Of a stretch of 64,000 nucleotides of DNA, positions 12,342-23,377 are shown piece after piece. The stretch is taken from NCBI GenBank assembly GCA_965223575.1, contig CBDCWZ010000010.1:1-64000 (forward strand). The letters run 5' to 3'. How positions within the stretch are numbered: position 1 is the stretch's first letter; each line of letters opens with the position of its first letter. Both the position numbers and the translations under genes were made by a program. The notes beneath the pieces are model-generated. The model did no database searches. It was not told the DNA's origin and saw nothing but the letters and a program-made list of their open reading frames with translations. The stretch is from Kofleriaceae bacterium (GTDB taxonomy: Bacteria; Myxococcota_A; Polyangia; Haliangiales; Haliangiaceae).

Positions 12342-12471
12342 TCAAACAGATCGAGCGGTGTCTTCCCAAGAGGTTCCTTCGTCGGGATCCCGTTCGTACT
12401 CTGCTAGCCGTTCGTCCAATACTTCGCGGTGCGACCGGCTCGTAGAGCTTATCGATCTCGGTGGGACTCAT
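12342..12471 (-). pseudogene. Addiction-module-component-like small gene, frameshifted
   Basis: C-terminal HREVLDERLAEYERDPDEGTSWED is in a different frame from the N-terminal MSPTEIDKLYEPV. Confidence 0.35.
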
Positions 12472-12676
12472 CGCATGTCTCCGCGCAAGTTCGTTGCTCT
12501 CCTGCGCAAAGTTGTGACCTTTGAGCGTTGTCGCCGATCCTCGACGTGCTGGTTTAAACCCCACGAGTCACCGCATATGCACTATCACTTGGCCAGCCGC
12601 TCAACAGCTGCCCCCGAGGCCGCGGTTACTCCGAGTGCAGAAGGCCAGACACTCGGAAAGAATTGTCCTGCGCAGC

Positions 12677-15600
12677 TCATTGCCGTTCGTCCAGTTCGGC
12701 AAGCAGCTTGGCCAGCACTTTGCTGCGCTCTGGATCGCGCAGTAGTGTTTCACACGCTGCAAGTAGCTCTGCGCGGTTGCCCAAGTAGGCATCGGTTGTC
12801 TTCTCCAGGTACCGCGCTACGCGGAACAAGTCTGAGATCGGGACGGCACTTTTCCGTTTGCGGGAAGCCCGAACTGGCAACCAGCGTGGTCTCTGTGCGG
12901 GCTTGCCGGTCGGGGCAGGCGCCTTCCACGGACCAGGAGGCCTTGGGCCGACACGGAGGGGGCGACCCTCGCGGGTTGACGCCGCGTCCACAGGTAGCCA
13001 GCGCGAACCGTCGTTTGTTTCAACCAGCGCCATTGCCCACAGGTGATCCGGCTCGTCTACGAAACCGCGGTCAAACGTCCAACCCGTAGCGACAACAGCG
13101 GGAATGCCGGCGCGCCGGAGCAGTTCGCAAGCCAGTGCGTTGAGCTCATAACAGACGCCACGCCCCAGGGTGTCGGCGTCACTGCTTGCGTGCAGCGCCG
13201 CGACGTGTACATTGGAACGGCCGCGGCTTCGCTGCCGGAGCCAGGCTGCAACAGAAGGATCTTCGAGATAGGTGGGATCGTAAACGTAGCGCTCTCGAAT
13301 GAAGGAACGCACCGTTTCGGCCGCTGTGAGTACATCGGTCTCGTTGCGCGCGCTCGCCGCAATATCGTGCACTTCGTCCGGTAATTCCGCGTCCGCCACC
13401 GTGGGTTCCAGAAGTGCTCTGGGCGCACGACGCGGTCGGTCGCCGTTTTCCATGTTGGGCGGTTCAAAGAGCTCAACCTCGACAGTCACGACGGCGTCCT
13501 CTTTGTTAAGCCAAACAGAAAGCCCAGCGGCGTCAACCAGATGATCGAGACCATTCCCCATACCGTCGGCCTGTAGGAGAGACACTTGACCAAATAGGGG
13601 CACGGGTATCACCGCCTCTCCACCAGGCAACTTACCCCGCAAACGGACTCGACCCACAGAATCGGTGCCACGAAACCACGATCCATCGCCCACGAAACGC
13701 TGCCAGCTCTGACTCCAGGAGCTAAAGCCCGCGTAGAGGACTTGTGGCGCGTACTGGTATGGAAGTGGCAGCGACGCGGGCGAGTGGGCGAGACCGAAAG
13801 TTCCCGCCCGCTGGCGGTCAGCAAGCCAGCCTGTTCCGTCGGCTAGTTGTTCCTCGAGATTGCTCCGCGATCGAAACCAGCGGCGATCGCGCTTGGGGTC
13901 ACGACGCGCTGGGGGCGGACGTCTTTGCGACCTCGACCCAGACGGACCGCCAGCTGGCGGCGGAGCAAAAGAGCTTGGCTCGGACTTCGTGGAGTCCCGG
14001 CGGTCTGGCCGCGGCTTGGTCTCCTCATCTTGTTTGTCGTTTCCACGCAGCCATTGCCGCATGCGTGTCAAGAACCCTGGGCCCTCTTCCCCTTTGGGTG
14101 GGCTGGGCTCGCTCGGCTTCGGCTTGGCGGACTCTTCTGGCTCTGCGCCATGCTGGAACGTCTCCTGGATTGTGGGGCCGGTTGCGTTCTCCACAACGCT
14201 TGGGGGGCGACTGGTTTCTCTCGCTCCAATGCTGCTTACTACGCCGTAATGAGCTAGGTAGCTGGCCCAGGCAGAATGTTGCGCACCGTCAGCGAGTACA
14301 ATTTCGAACTCGCCTACGCCTTCATCCCCTGCGAATCTAATCCGCGCCGCTGCTTCTGGTAGCAGGCATACGTACAATTCCTCGTGCCTGTGGCATGCTA
14401 CAGCAAGTTGAGGAGGCTTGTGGCCACCACTGTCTACCAGAAGATCGAGGCACCGCGGCAGACGTTCGGCCCAAAGTTTCCCTTCGGCCTTGGCGACGCC
14501 ATCGGCCCAGTCCACGGTTGCACACAATTCTGAAATAAAGGAGACCACGTCGCGCTTTCCGGGCCGGCGTGCGATGCGCAAGGCCGACGCGAGGCGCCCG
14601 AGCTGTGCTCCCCGTGACCAATCGCCTCGTTGGTCTCCGAACCGGTAGCGGGCACCTTCGATGACAACCTCCCCGGGTCGCCGGAGCACGCCCAGGTCGT
14701 CAACGAGCATTGGAACATGACTGAGCGCATCGCGTAACTTGGTGCCGTCGATGCTGCCGGATGTGAGACCGGCATTGAGCCATGCCAGTACCTCGCTGCT
14801 CGCAGGCGGCTGAGCGGCGATGGTGGCCAGCACGTCCTCGAGGTCCGCGCTGGCACTATCTCGGGTGCCGATCCATTCATGTGCGTTGGGCACCCGATGA
14901 ACGACTTCAGGATGCACGAGACGATCTTCGCGTTCCCCGATGAGATCAGTGAGGTTATCCGAGGGCCAGTACAGTGCCTCGGGACGATGGGGTGTGCCAT
15001 TCTGATCGACGAGCCACGTGCGGTCACGAAGGGCCAGGGCATTTCGCAACTCCGGAATGCGGTGACCCAACCCCGCTACGTAACACGCAAGAGCGACTTT
15101 GGCGTCCGGGCCCGGTTTCAGCGCATTGCCGTCGAGAAATGAGCGTAAAGCATCTTCGCTGAGTTCTGCATCGGCTCCCGCGGCGACAAGCAGCGCTACC
15201 GTTTCGGCGGCCTCGTAGCGGCGAGACACCCGCTGGGGCATCGGGTCGGCGAAGCGCGCAATCAGATCACCATCGTGCGGCGTAGACGCCAATAGGGTTC
15301 TGGGCCGCTTAAACTCGCCGCTGGCACTTTCGACTCGGAGACGTTTTCGCAGCTGCAAGCGGCGCACACGATCACCGAACCCCTCTTGGTCGGGCCGCAG
15401 CGCCCGCGCGAGATGAGCAATGATCGACGCGAGCCTGTCGCCATCACGAGCGTCAATCGCCGCATCGGCGGCATCTAGCAGCTTGTCGCTCAGGGGGCGT
15501 AGCTGTTTGGTTGCGGGTCGATAGGCTGCGCGTAGCCATGTGACAAGCCGACTGGGCAGCTCGTCGGCGGGATTCCAATCGATGCCCAGGTCGGGCAGCT

Positions 15601-17248
15601 CGCGATCAAACAGCAACTCTGTTGGCGCGCGCTGGGCCCCCTGCCCTGAACGGACAAACGCGATCTTTCCCAGTAAGCCACGACTCTGCTCATCGTCAGC
15701 AAATGCATCGCACCGCGCCTCGAGCCACTGATAGAAAGCACGGCGGATTTCGCCGTCGGCAAAAACGGTGCTGGCGTGGCCGGGAGTATCGACCAGCGCG
15801 GCGAGAACCTGCCGCGGATTGGCTTTGCCGACCGCATCCGCGTCGGCGGCATGGACGATCGCCGACCATCGCGGATGTCCGATCCTTTTGGCGAATGGAA
15901 GCTCGGCGCAGAATACAAGCTCATGTTCATCGCCGAGGAGCAGATCGCCCGGCACGAGTTCACCGACGAGATTGACTCCAACCGGCAGAGTTTCAAGAGT
16001 TGGACAGGACTCCGCAGCTCGGCCACGAACGAAGGCGACGGCAACCGCTGCTGCTCGCTCCGGTGTCGCCAGGAGCTCGGCCTGTTCGGCTACCGGGGTT
16101 CCCACCTTGGCGATGCGTGATAGTGCTCGCTCAAACGCAGTCAGAGGATTCGAGAAAGTGAGCCACGGCTCGAGTTGCTCAGCCTGCACGTCAGCTTCCG
16201 CCAAGAGCAAGCTCGCTTCGTCGTCATCGAGCGAACTTGACCACAACACGAAAGTATCGTCCTCAACCCAGCGAGTGATGTCCCGGCGGCGAAGGACTTT
16301 TGAGGCGGGCAACAGACCTTGTCGTGTCGGCCAGATCGGTAGTGCGTGCAACGCATCGACGTGCTCTTCCGCCAATCCCGGTAGTTGGTCGCGACTGTTG
16401 ATGAGGGCTTGGCGCAACGCCCATGGATCTGCATCGGGCGCTAGGCCGCCCCCCGCCACCTTGAGTAGATCCACAAAGCTCGCCGGCGGGCGACCAGCCG
16501 CTGCAAGAAAGACTTCCAGTCGGCGAGCCTCTGTCTCGGAAAGCAATGGTAATGCGGTGCCAGCAAACGCTTCGCGCAACTCCGCCGGCACGTGATGCGC
16601 AGAGTTAGCGGCCGGTGCGTCCCAACTGGCCAGTGGCCTGAATACACTGTCGTCACATTGAAAGATCGCAGCGTCGCACACACGGGCCAGGCGTACGCCG
16701 GGAAGATGGCGGCCCGCAGCCGCGAGCAAGTCCGCGATCGCGGACCGTACGTCAATATCCGCGACCGGTAGTGTAGACGTGGCATCACGGTTCTTGGCAG
16801 CGGGCTGCGTCGTCGCAGCGACGAGATCGTCCAAGGCAGTACCGAAGTTCGGGATAACGACCAAATGATCGAGAGCAAGAGCGCGCGCCAGATGCTGAGG
16901 ACTGCCAGGCTCAGTTCCTTCGGTAATGGTGGGCCGATAAGGCCAGCGCTCGTAGAGCGCAGCTACGGCGGGCTCTGTACTGGAATGGCGAAGCTGATGG
17001 ATCGGATAACGACTGCCATCCTCGCTCCGCCAGATCGGCGCAGCCGCCAGTGCCGCGATGGTTGTGGGACTGAGCGCCTCGCGGTGCGTTGCGAGATAAG
17101 CAAAGGCGGCATCTTGGAAGCGAACGTCTTCCTCGCCACCCAAAAGGGCGTTTGCCACTGAGTCGGCATCGACGATCTTGACACCAAGTTTTGCGACGTA
17201 TGGTAGTTCGGCAATGTCGCGGCGGACCCACGCACGCTGGGGCCACAA
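12677..17248 (-). CDS. Giant protein (1523 aa) with a C-terminal transglutaminase-like cysteine-protease domain
   Basis: GRGVCYELNALACELLRRAGIPAVVATGW...PDHLWAMALV....WLPVDA (Cys/His/Asp core). Probably continuous with the upstream ORF via a frameshift. Confidence 0.6.
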   Translation of the reverse strand: MWPQRAWVRRDIAELPYVAKLGVKIVDADSVANALLGGEEDVRFQDAAFAYLATHREALSPTTIAALAAAPIWRSEDGSRYPIHQLRHSSTEPAVAALYERWPYRPTITEGTEPGSPQHLARALALDHLVVIPNFGTALDDLVAATTQPAAKNRDATSTLPVADIDVRSAIADLLAAAGRHLPGVRLARVCDAAIFQCDDSVFRPLASWDAPAANSAHHVPAELREAFAGTALPLLSETEARRLEVFLAAAGRPPASFVDLLKVAGGGLAPDADPWALRQALINSRDQLPGLAEEHVDALHALPIWPTRQGLLPASKVLRRRDITRWVEDDTFVLWSSSLDDDEASLLLAEADVQAEQLEPWLTFSNPLTAFERALSRIAKVGTPVAEQAELLATPERAAAVAVAFVRGRAAESCPTLETLPVGVNLVGELVPGDLLLGDEHELVFCAELPFAKRIGHPRWSAIVHAADADAVGKANPRQVLAALVDTPGHASTVFADGEIRRAFYQWLEARCDAFADDEQSRGLLGKIAFVRSGQGAQRAPTELLFDRELPDLGIDWNPADELPSRLVTWLRAAYRPATKQLRPLSDKLLDAADAAIDARDGDRLASIIAHLARALRPDQEGFGDRVRRLQLRKRLRVESASGEFKRPRTLLASTPHDGDLIARFADPMPQRVSRRYEAAETVALLVAAGADAELSEDALRSFLDGNALKPGPDAKVALACYVAGLGHRIPELRNALALRDRTWLVDQNGTPHRPEALYWPSDNLTDLIGEREDRLVHPEVVHRVPNAHEWIGTRDSASADLEDVLATIAAQPPASSEVLAWLNAGLTSGSIDGTKLRDALSHVPMLVDDLGVLRRPGEVVIEGARYRFGDQRGDWSRGAQLGRLASALRIARRPGKRDVVSFISELCATVDWADGVAKAEGKLWAERLPRCLDLLVDSGGHKPPQLAVACHRHEELYVCLLPEAAARIRFAGDEGVGEFEIVLADGAQHSAWASYLAHYGVVSSIGARETSRPPSVVENATGPTIQETFQHGAEPEESAKPKPSEPSPPKGEEGPGFLTRMRQWLRGNDKQDEETKPRPDRRDSTKSEPSSFAPPPAGGPSGSRSQRRPPPARRDPKRDRRWFRSRSNLEEQLADGTGWLADRQRAGTFGLAHSPASLPLPYQYAPQVLYAGFSSWSQSWQRFVGDGSWFRGTDSVGRVRLRGKLPGGEAVIPVPLFGQVSLLQADGMGNGLDHLVDAAGLSVWLNKEDAVVTVEVELFEPPNMENGDRPRRAPRALLEPTVADAELPDEVHDIAASARNETDVLTAAETVRSFIRERYVYDPTYLEDPSVAAWLRQRSRGRSNVHVAALHASSDADTLGRGVCYELNALACELLRRAGIPAVVATGWTFDRGFVDEPDHLWAMALVETNDGSRWLPVDAASTREGRPLRVGPRPPGPWKAPAPTGKPAQRPRWLPVRASRKRKSAVPISDLFRVARYLEKTTDAYLGNRAELLAACETLLRDPERSKVLAKLLAELDERQ

Positions 17249-19992
17249 CGACTCGATTTCTTTATCGGCGGCAATCTCAGCAGCCCTTCGCCCCGCAACG
17301 GGCAGAGCTTGGCTGTCGCGGTCGGAAAAATGTCCGCGGCCGCGACCCGCTCAAACAGGGCTGCACTGATCTCACTCGCTTGCTCGTCGATGGCTCCATG
17401 AAGTAGGGCCACTTGCTCATGGGCGAAAGCGAGCTCGCCCCGCTCGAGGAGTGCAAGCGCTGCACGTAAATCCAGCAAAGGCGTACCGAGATCCGACAGC
17501 CCCGGACCCCACCGGTCTTCGATCTCCCGGCTCACCAGTGGAGGCCGCGTTTCAGCGTCGCGTACAAGATCTGCCAACGCGCCTTCGCCAGTCAGAAACG
17601 CGAGACCAACGCGGGCCCAATCGGCGCGGTCTGTGGGCACGAGAACCGCCTGATCGATACCAGACCGTTGGCCCAGAGGGGCAGCCAAGACGAGTTCCAT
17701 GATCGGATCGAGACCAGCAGCTTCGACCGCGGCGAGCGCCGCTTTCGGATCGGCAAGTCGCGAAATGAGATCCGCCACGGTTGCGCGTGGAACGCCAAGT
17801 CGCCTGACGAATGGTCGACACTCGGACGTGTCGAGTTCAGGCGCAAGCATTGGGCACAAGGGGCGCAGAGCGCTGGCGAGCACGCCACTTCCACGCAGAA
17901 GCTCGGTGGGGGAGCGTGCGCGGCCGGCGTGATCGGGTAAGCAGGGAAGTAACCGTAGGGGGGCGAGGTCGATGTCGGTAGCGCCGAGAGCGACAGCAAG
18001 CTCTGGAAGGTGCTCACGCCAGGGCGCCGAAAAGGCCGCACCAGATACTTGCGCTTCTGCTTCTCGGGCGAGCAACGCAACAACGCTGGACCAAGCGAGA
18101 TCCCGTGCACCCAGTTCTTTCGCGACTTGTTGATGGCGCGCACTGAGTACGTCAACAAGTCGCCTTTCATCCGCGATAACCAGCCCAGCAAGCGCACGCA
18201 CCACACCAGTATCGGCGCAGAGCAGAGCCTCCAACGGCGCGAGCCATCCGCCCCCAGCTGCGGGCAAGAACGCCACGGGCGCAACCTTGGCGGCGATTGA
18301 CTCATAAGCCGGATCTCCAAGCTCCGAGGGTAAGGAGAGGAGGTCGAGCAGTGAACTCGAACCTTGTTGCTCCTGATTGGTGAGCGTGGAAATGAGCTCG
18401 GCGAAGAGCTCGCCCGCTTGGTCGATTGCCCAGCGGTTCCACGGAGATGAAAGGTCCAGTCTCTCTCGATCTACGGGCAGGTCGAAGTGCGCGTGTAACA
18501 GCATTCGCAGGCCCGAGCGTTCGTTGGTAGGAAGGTAGCTGTACACGGTGGGCCGATCGCCCAAAGGCTCCGGCGTACCATCACCGGCCAACGCAATTGC
18601 GACCAACACAGGTGTGGCCGTTGTGCGGCTGGCATCGCGGGGGCCCTCGTAGCGGCATTCTCGTGAGCCAAGAAAGTAGGAGCGAGCGGCGTTGTTGTCG
18701 CGCAGGGTCACGTACTGATCATCCGCACCATGGCGAACGACGGAGCGTCTGCGACTGCCGTACCGTACATGAATCTCTCGCAACGAGTTTAGAGTTAGGA
18801 GCACTTCCGCTGGCAAATCTGCCATTCGTCCGAATAGGCGTTCTCCAGAGCGAGTCTCGTCAGTTGGGTCGCGTAGAGGCAGAATCAGCAACGTACGGTC
18901 CGGTGCGAGACCCGAGCGAGCTTTGAGCGGACGGGGAATCGAGACATCCGCAATCTCGAAGGCGTAGGCGCCAGAGTAGACCTGGGGACGCTCGCAAATC
19001 TCGTAGACCGACTTGAATCCGACACCGAAGAAACCGATTTGGTCTTTGCTCTTCGTCGTCTGGCCAATGGAAAGGAGACCGACAACGTCGCGAGCGTCAA
19101 AGGGGGCGCCGTCGTGCTCGACCTCGACGCGATCCTCTTCGAGACGCAGGTGCCACACACGAGCGCCCGCGTCGTCGGCGTTTTGTAGAAGCTCGATGAG
19201 AAAGTGCCCGGGGTCGGTATAGATCTGACGTGAGAGAAGCTGCTCTGCGTTGGCCTGGCTCAAAGACTTGGGTTGCGCCTCTAGTGTGTCTAGCAGTTCT
19301 GCCGCGAAACTAGCCAGTCGCGCGTTCCACGCTTCACTCACGTCCGCGTTCGCGGCTATTGCTGCCAGCTCGACAGTGTTTGCGCCGGGTATGCGCATAA
19401 GCTCGCGATCGCCAATTCTGTCTAGGGCCCCGGTACCCAGTGCTTCGCGACAGATGTTCAAGGCCCCGTCCACCATAGAACTGCGTGCCGATGGCGCGAC
19501 GTTCTTGAGCCACCGATCGATGACGGCAAAGGCCGTGATGCGCGTGGCCGGCAGTTCTGCAGCACACCGCACGAGAGCTTCAGCGAATTCAATCACAGCC
19601 GGCGCCCCCTCGAGCGCGCGCAAAACCCTCCGAAGGCCAGTGTCGGGTAGTGCTGTAACCACGCTCGCGATTGAGTCCGCTGAGCCGACGAGCTCGCCGC
19701 TAACCGCGAGATTCGCCAGCATCCGTGCCAGGGGTTCGTGATCGCGAAAGGAGGCAAGTTCAGTGACCAGATCGGGTCCACGCCCCTGGCGAAGAGCTTC
19801 GTCAATGGCGACAATCTGCTCGGGAAACGGCAACCGCCGTAGTGCTGATGGCTCGCTGGTCAACTGGGCCAATCTACCAGCATGATCAGAGTAAGGCCAT
19901 ACCGGCAGCCACAGGCGTATTGTCACCCAAAGGGGCCGCTCGAAAGACGCGATCCGCGGCGTATTCGTCGGGCGATCACCATGCTGTTCCAT
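16963..19992 (-). CDS. Sacsin-like GHKL (HATPase) domain protein (1009 aa)
   Basis: FLIELLQNADDAGA...DGAPFDARDVVGLLSIGQTTK...IGFFGVGFKSVYEI motif. The last 100 or so codons look out of frame, while the frame of the next ORF is already open. Confidence 0.6.
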   Translation of the reverse strand: MEQHGDRPTNTPRIASFERPLWVTIRLWLPVWPYSDHAGRLAQLTSEPSALRRLPFPEQIVAIDEALRQGRGPDLVTELASFRDHEPLARMLANLAVSGELVGSADSIASVVTALPDTGLRRVLRALEGAPAVIEFAEALVRCAAELPATRITAFAVIDRWLKNVAPSARSSMVDGALNICREALGTGALDRIGDRELMRIPGANTVELAAIAANADVSEAWNARLASFAAELLDTLEAQPKSLSQANAEQLLSRQIYTDPGHFLIELLQNADDAGARVWHLRLEEDRVEVEHDGAPFDARDVVGLLSIGQTTKSKDQIGFFGVGFKSVYEICERPQVYSGAYAFEIADVSIPRPLKARSGLAPDRTLLILPLRDPTDETRSGERLFGRMADLPAEVLLTLNSLREIHVRYGSRRRSVVRHGADDQYVTLRDNNAARSYFLGSRECRYEGPRDASRTTATPVLVAIALAGDGTPEPLGDRPTVYSYLPTNERSGLRMLLHAHFDLPVDRERLDLSSPWNRWAIDQAGELFAELISTLTNQEQQGSSSLLDLLSLPSELGDPAYESIAAKVAPVAFLPAAGGGWLAPLEALLCADTGVVRALAGLVIADERRLVDVLSARHQQVAKELGARDLAWSSVVALLAREAEAQVSGAAFSAPWREHLPELAVALGATDIDLAPLRLLPCLPDHAGRARSPTELLRGSGVLASALRPLCPMLAPELDTSECRPFVRRLGVPRATVADLISRLADPKAALAAVEAAGLDPIMELVLAAPLGQRSGIDQAVLVPTDRADWARVGLAFLTGEGALADLVRDAETRPPLVSREIEDRWGPGLSDLGTPLLDLRAALALLERGELAFAHEQVALLHGAIDEQASEISAALFERVAAADIFPTATAKLCPLRGEGLLRLPPIKKSSRCGPSVRGSAATLPNYHTSQNLVSRSSMPTQWQTPFWVARKTFASKMPPLLISQRTARRSVPQPSRHWRLRRSGGARMAVVIRSISFAIPVQSPP

Positions 19993-20473
19993 GCATGGGC
20001 GAGTGCATCGACCTGGTCGTCGTAGCGATCACGAACGCCGGGGAAGGCGTTGAGTTCGGCGAGGAAGTCGGGTAGCCAAGGCGCTGCAGTCGGGACATAG
20101 ACGCGCCCGTCGTTCCACCGAGCGGGTCATTGCCCTCGGCCAGCGCGGGCAGGTTGATGACCTCCCAGGAGCCCGTCTGTTCGAGGCGACCGATGAGGTC
20201 GTCTTGATGCCACCGGGTCTGGATGACGATCACGGAGGCGCCTTAGAGCCTGGTGAACACGACTTCGTTGAACCATTGCCAAACGGTCTCGCGACGCAAG
20301 GCGCTGTCAGCTTCCTCGCGGTTCTTGAGCGCGTCGTCCACGACCATCAAGCCCGACACACCCTGCCCTGTGAGTCCGCCACCGGCGCCACCCGCAAGGA
20401 GGCCACCGCTATGGAGGGTTCGCCACTCGGAGAGATTGTGAGAGTCACTGGCCAACTCGACACCAGCATCCAA
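19976..20473 (-). pseudogene. Phage terminase large-subunit fragment, frameshifted
   Basis: IVIQTRWHQDDLIGRL...INLPALAE and MVVDDALKNREEADSALRRETVWQWF...TRL lie in two frames. Confidence 0.5.
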
Positions 20474-20513
20474 AGCCAGCCGGCGAGCAATACGTGACTT
20501 CGACTTGGCGAGG

Positions 20514-20870
20514 TCATCGTTGTAGATTGCCGGCTACATAGAGTTGCGAGGAATCGTCAGTCGACCTCCGGTACCGCCGTTTGCGAAAGGCATAGAGGCC
20601 CATTTCTCGCATGATTCGAGCGACGCGGTGACGACCAGCAATGCAGCCTCGCTCTCGCAGCGCGTGAGTCATACGCGGGCTCCCATAGCTGTGGCGGGTT
20701 TCTTCGAAGATTTCCTCGATGTGCTCGCGCAGGTCTGCGTTTTGCTCGTCTCGGTTACACGGGCCTCGCGTGAGCCATGCGTAGTACCCGCTCCGTGAAA
20801 CTTCAAGAGCGTCGCATAACGCACGGATGCCGTATTTTGCCTTCTGCGCGTGAACGAATGCATATCTCAC
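20514..20870 (-). pseudogene. IS3-family transposase OrfB N-terminal fragment
   Basis: YGIRALCDALEVSRSGYYAW...SYGSPRMTHALRERGCIAGRHRVARIMREMGL; the catalytic domain is absent. Confidence 0.65.
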
Positions 20871-21412
20871 TCGTTTTCGCTCGCACAGAAGGCCGCGAAC
20901 TTTTTTAGAATTTCACGCTCTGTCTCAAGTTTTGCCACCCGCTTGTGTGTCCCCTGTTCTACGGTGACGTGACCGGTCAACGCCCGCCGAACGACTGGAT
21001 CAATTTTCGCTCGGCGAATTATATCGGAAAACGTGTAGCTTAATCCATTGGGCGTAAATCGCTTGGCAGGATGCTTGGCGTCCTCAGGGTGCCCACGCTT
21101 GATGGGAACATCCAACCCGTCTGAATACCAGCGGATTGTTGTTTTGATCATTGCACGTCGATGTTCACGGAGAATATCAGCAACTTCCGACTCCACTGGA
21201 TACTCTTTGGGGGCTCTTTTTTTGTTTGTAACTTTTCCAATTCTACCACGCACTTGTTTGCGTCTAATGTGCAACACACTATGCTCATCATCCCAGTCCT
21301 CCCAGCGCAGAGCACTCGCGTGACAAAATCTCAACCCGGTATAGGCAAGCACCACCACCAAGGCAAAATGTTGCGGAAACCGATCTCGCATCGCCACAAG
21401 AAACTGCATCAA
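20867..21412 (-). pseudogene. Tyrosine recombinase/integrase catalytic region, degenerate and truncated by the IS3 fragment
   Basis: VVLAYTGLRFCHASALRWEDWD, ..ALTGHV.. Box residues are partly lost and no N-terminal domain is present. Confidence 0.55.
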
Positions 21413-21425
21413 CTCATCGGCTGTC

Positions 21426-21470
21426 AGAGTGTTCGGTTCTTTGTTCTTGTTAGAGTGTTCGGTTCTTTGT
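21426..21470 (+). repeat. 19-bp direct repeat x2 (agagtgttcggttctttgt) next to the integrase start
   Basis: 21426-21444 and 21452-21470 are identical. Confidence 0.7.
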
Positions 21471-21896
21471 CAACTTGGTTAGTGTCGGGTACAACAACAC
21501 CGACCGTCGGATCTCCTTCAAGTCGAAATTTCTTGACTGCATCCTTTGTCATCGTCCGAGTCCCCTGGTTTATTCAGGAAGCTTATCAAAATGAAATGCG
21601 CCAGGGCGAATGCGGTAACTGGCAGAATAACTTTCGAGTTGCAAGGTACTAAGAGTCGTCAGAGATTTTCTGATGGTTGTTGCGAAGCTAGTTGGCCAGG
21701 GGCAGATTTCTGGATTGCCGATCAATATGATGCCAGACGTGCAGTGTCGTGCATCCGTAGTTTACTGACAATGCTTTGTTGGCACCTGATTCACTCAAAC
21801 TACGGATTTTTGTGAAGTAGAATTGGCCATTTTTGAGGGTAACGGGTTAGTTTGGAAGTATACTATACGGATAGACCATAGAATGAGATCCATGAA

Positions 21897-22662
21897 ATGA
21901 ATGTTTGTTTTAGGAATGACATAGTAAGATTTGCGGTTCTTGGATGGCTAGTTATGGGATGTGGAGGAGGTGGGGACGGATGAGGTTGGTGACTGTGGCG
22001 AAATCAAATGCCATGAGCCGTTCGTCTGTTTGGAATGCCAAGATGCATCTGAGTGCATCGAGGAAAACTTAGGGGAGTCAAGTTGCATGAGTCCTTCGAG
22101 TAAGCGACCCGACTGTCAGGGCACTCCCGATGGACAGCTGGTACCTTTCCAAATCGTAGGAAATCGACCCCTACATTGGCCTCTTGAAGCCGGTTGTATC
22201 GCTACTTCATACCACTCTAATATCGCAGATCGGGTTGATGCCATTACTGCCGCTCTTCAAGCTTGGGAGGATATATCGTGTAGTCAAATTTGTTTTGAGG
22301 ATTTGGTTCAGAGGGACGATGCCCCGGATGTTCCTTCAGCCGAAAGACGAATTCACTTTTATGTTGGCGACATTTCAGTAGGAGATGTTCCTGCTCTTAC
22401 CGAGCTTAAGCACGAAACAAAGCCTAACACTGGATGGATTCTCAATGCGCATGTGATTATTCGCTCCAAAGACGATCCGAAGTACGAGCCTATTAGTGAT
22501 TTGCTGTTTCTCACATATGTTGGTTTTGCGATTGGGTTGGAAACTACCTTTGAGACAGAAGACAGTATCATGTCTGTCCTTCGTTCGTCTGAAACCATTA
22601 CTACAAATGACGAGACAGCAGTCTGTACGCTTTATGGAACCCCCTCTTACTGTGGGGATTAG
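21897..22662 (+). pseudogene. Putative lipoprotein, signal peptide out of frame with the body
   Basis: MNVCFRNDIVRFAVLGWLVMGCGGGG lipobox ORF (21897-) stops in the run ggaggaggtggggacgg. The body ORF 21961-22662 is in another frame. Locally AT-rich. Confidence 0.4.
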
Positions 22663-22951
22663 AAAAAGGTCTTCCACTTCTTCTTCGTTACTTTGGCCCC
22701 ATTGACTATCATGCCCGGAGCTTCACCCACGTGTATAGTCATGTTCCTCGTTTTTGGGCGGACCTTACCTGCGTGCGTAATGTTACGAGTTGGACGATGT
22801 TAGAAACGGGGCCACAGCTCCAGCGTCTACCCTCGCGGGACTCCATGCGTAGGGAGGCTAGTCGAGCAAGCATAATTTTTCACCCATTACCAGATTGAGA
22901 TTGCGAGATTTGAAATGCCAAAGCGACTGATGTTTCAAGACCATCATCCTC

Positions 22952-23300
22952 GTGACCGGTCGGCGGCGAATCGGCAAAACTACTTTGATTCAGAAGGCCC
23001 TCGGGTCTGAACGGAAACACGGGGTTTTTTACATCCAAATTCCCGACTCAGGTCCTGCTGGTGTTCTGTCTGGAATTGCAGACGCTATGGATACTTTTGC
23101 GATTAATGAGGACGCCTTTCCTCGGCCAACGAATCTATCGCAGCTCGCCAGCATAGTGGGCCAACTGGCGCGCGCGGGCTATATTGTAGCGCTCGATGAG
23201 TTTCAGTATTTCAATCGTGCGAGACTGAAGGACTTCTGCTCACTGCTTCAGAGCGAGGTCGACAGACTATCGTCAGATGCCGAGAAGTATGCGCCCAATG
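22952..23300 (+). pseudogene. AAA ATPase (Arch_ATPase/DUF234 type), 5' part, interrupted by IS66
   Basis: Walker A GRRRIGKTTL and Walker B VALDEF. The reading frame ends at the IS66 boundary. Confidence 0.65.
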
Positions 23301-23377
23301 CGCCCCATGTAGCATGAATCATCTGGCGGCAGTATTGTCGCTACATGGAACCATGCGGTTCAACAAACTCGATCGGT

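Noticed and set aside
16963-17248. Genuine 286-nt overlap between two separate giant genes
   Set aside because: The upstream frame degenerates into an implausible peptide exactly where the downstream frame becomes protein-like. A single frameshift is the simpler explanation.
21415-21960. AT-rich 550-bp region upstream of the decayed integrase as an att site or origin
   Set aside because: Only a 19-bp direct repeat is visible. There is no partner repeat elsewhere in the window and no DnaA- or Rep-type iterons that I can recognise.
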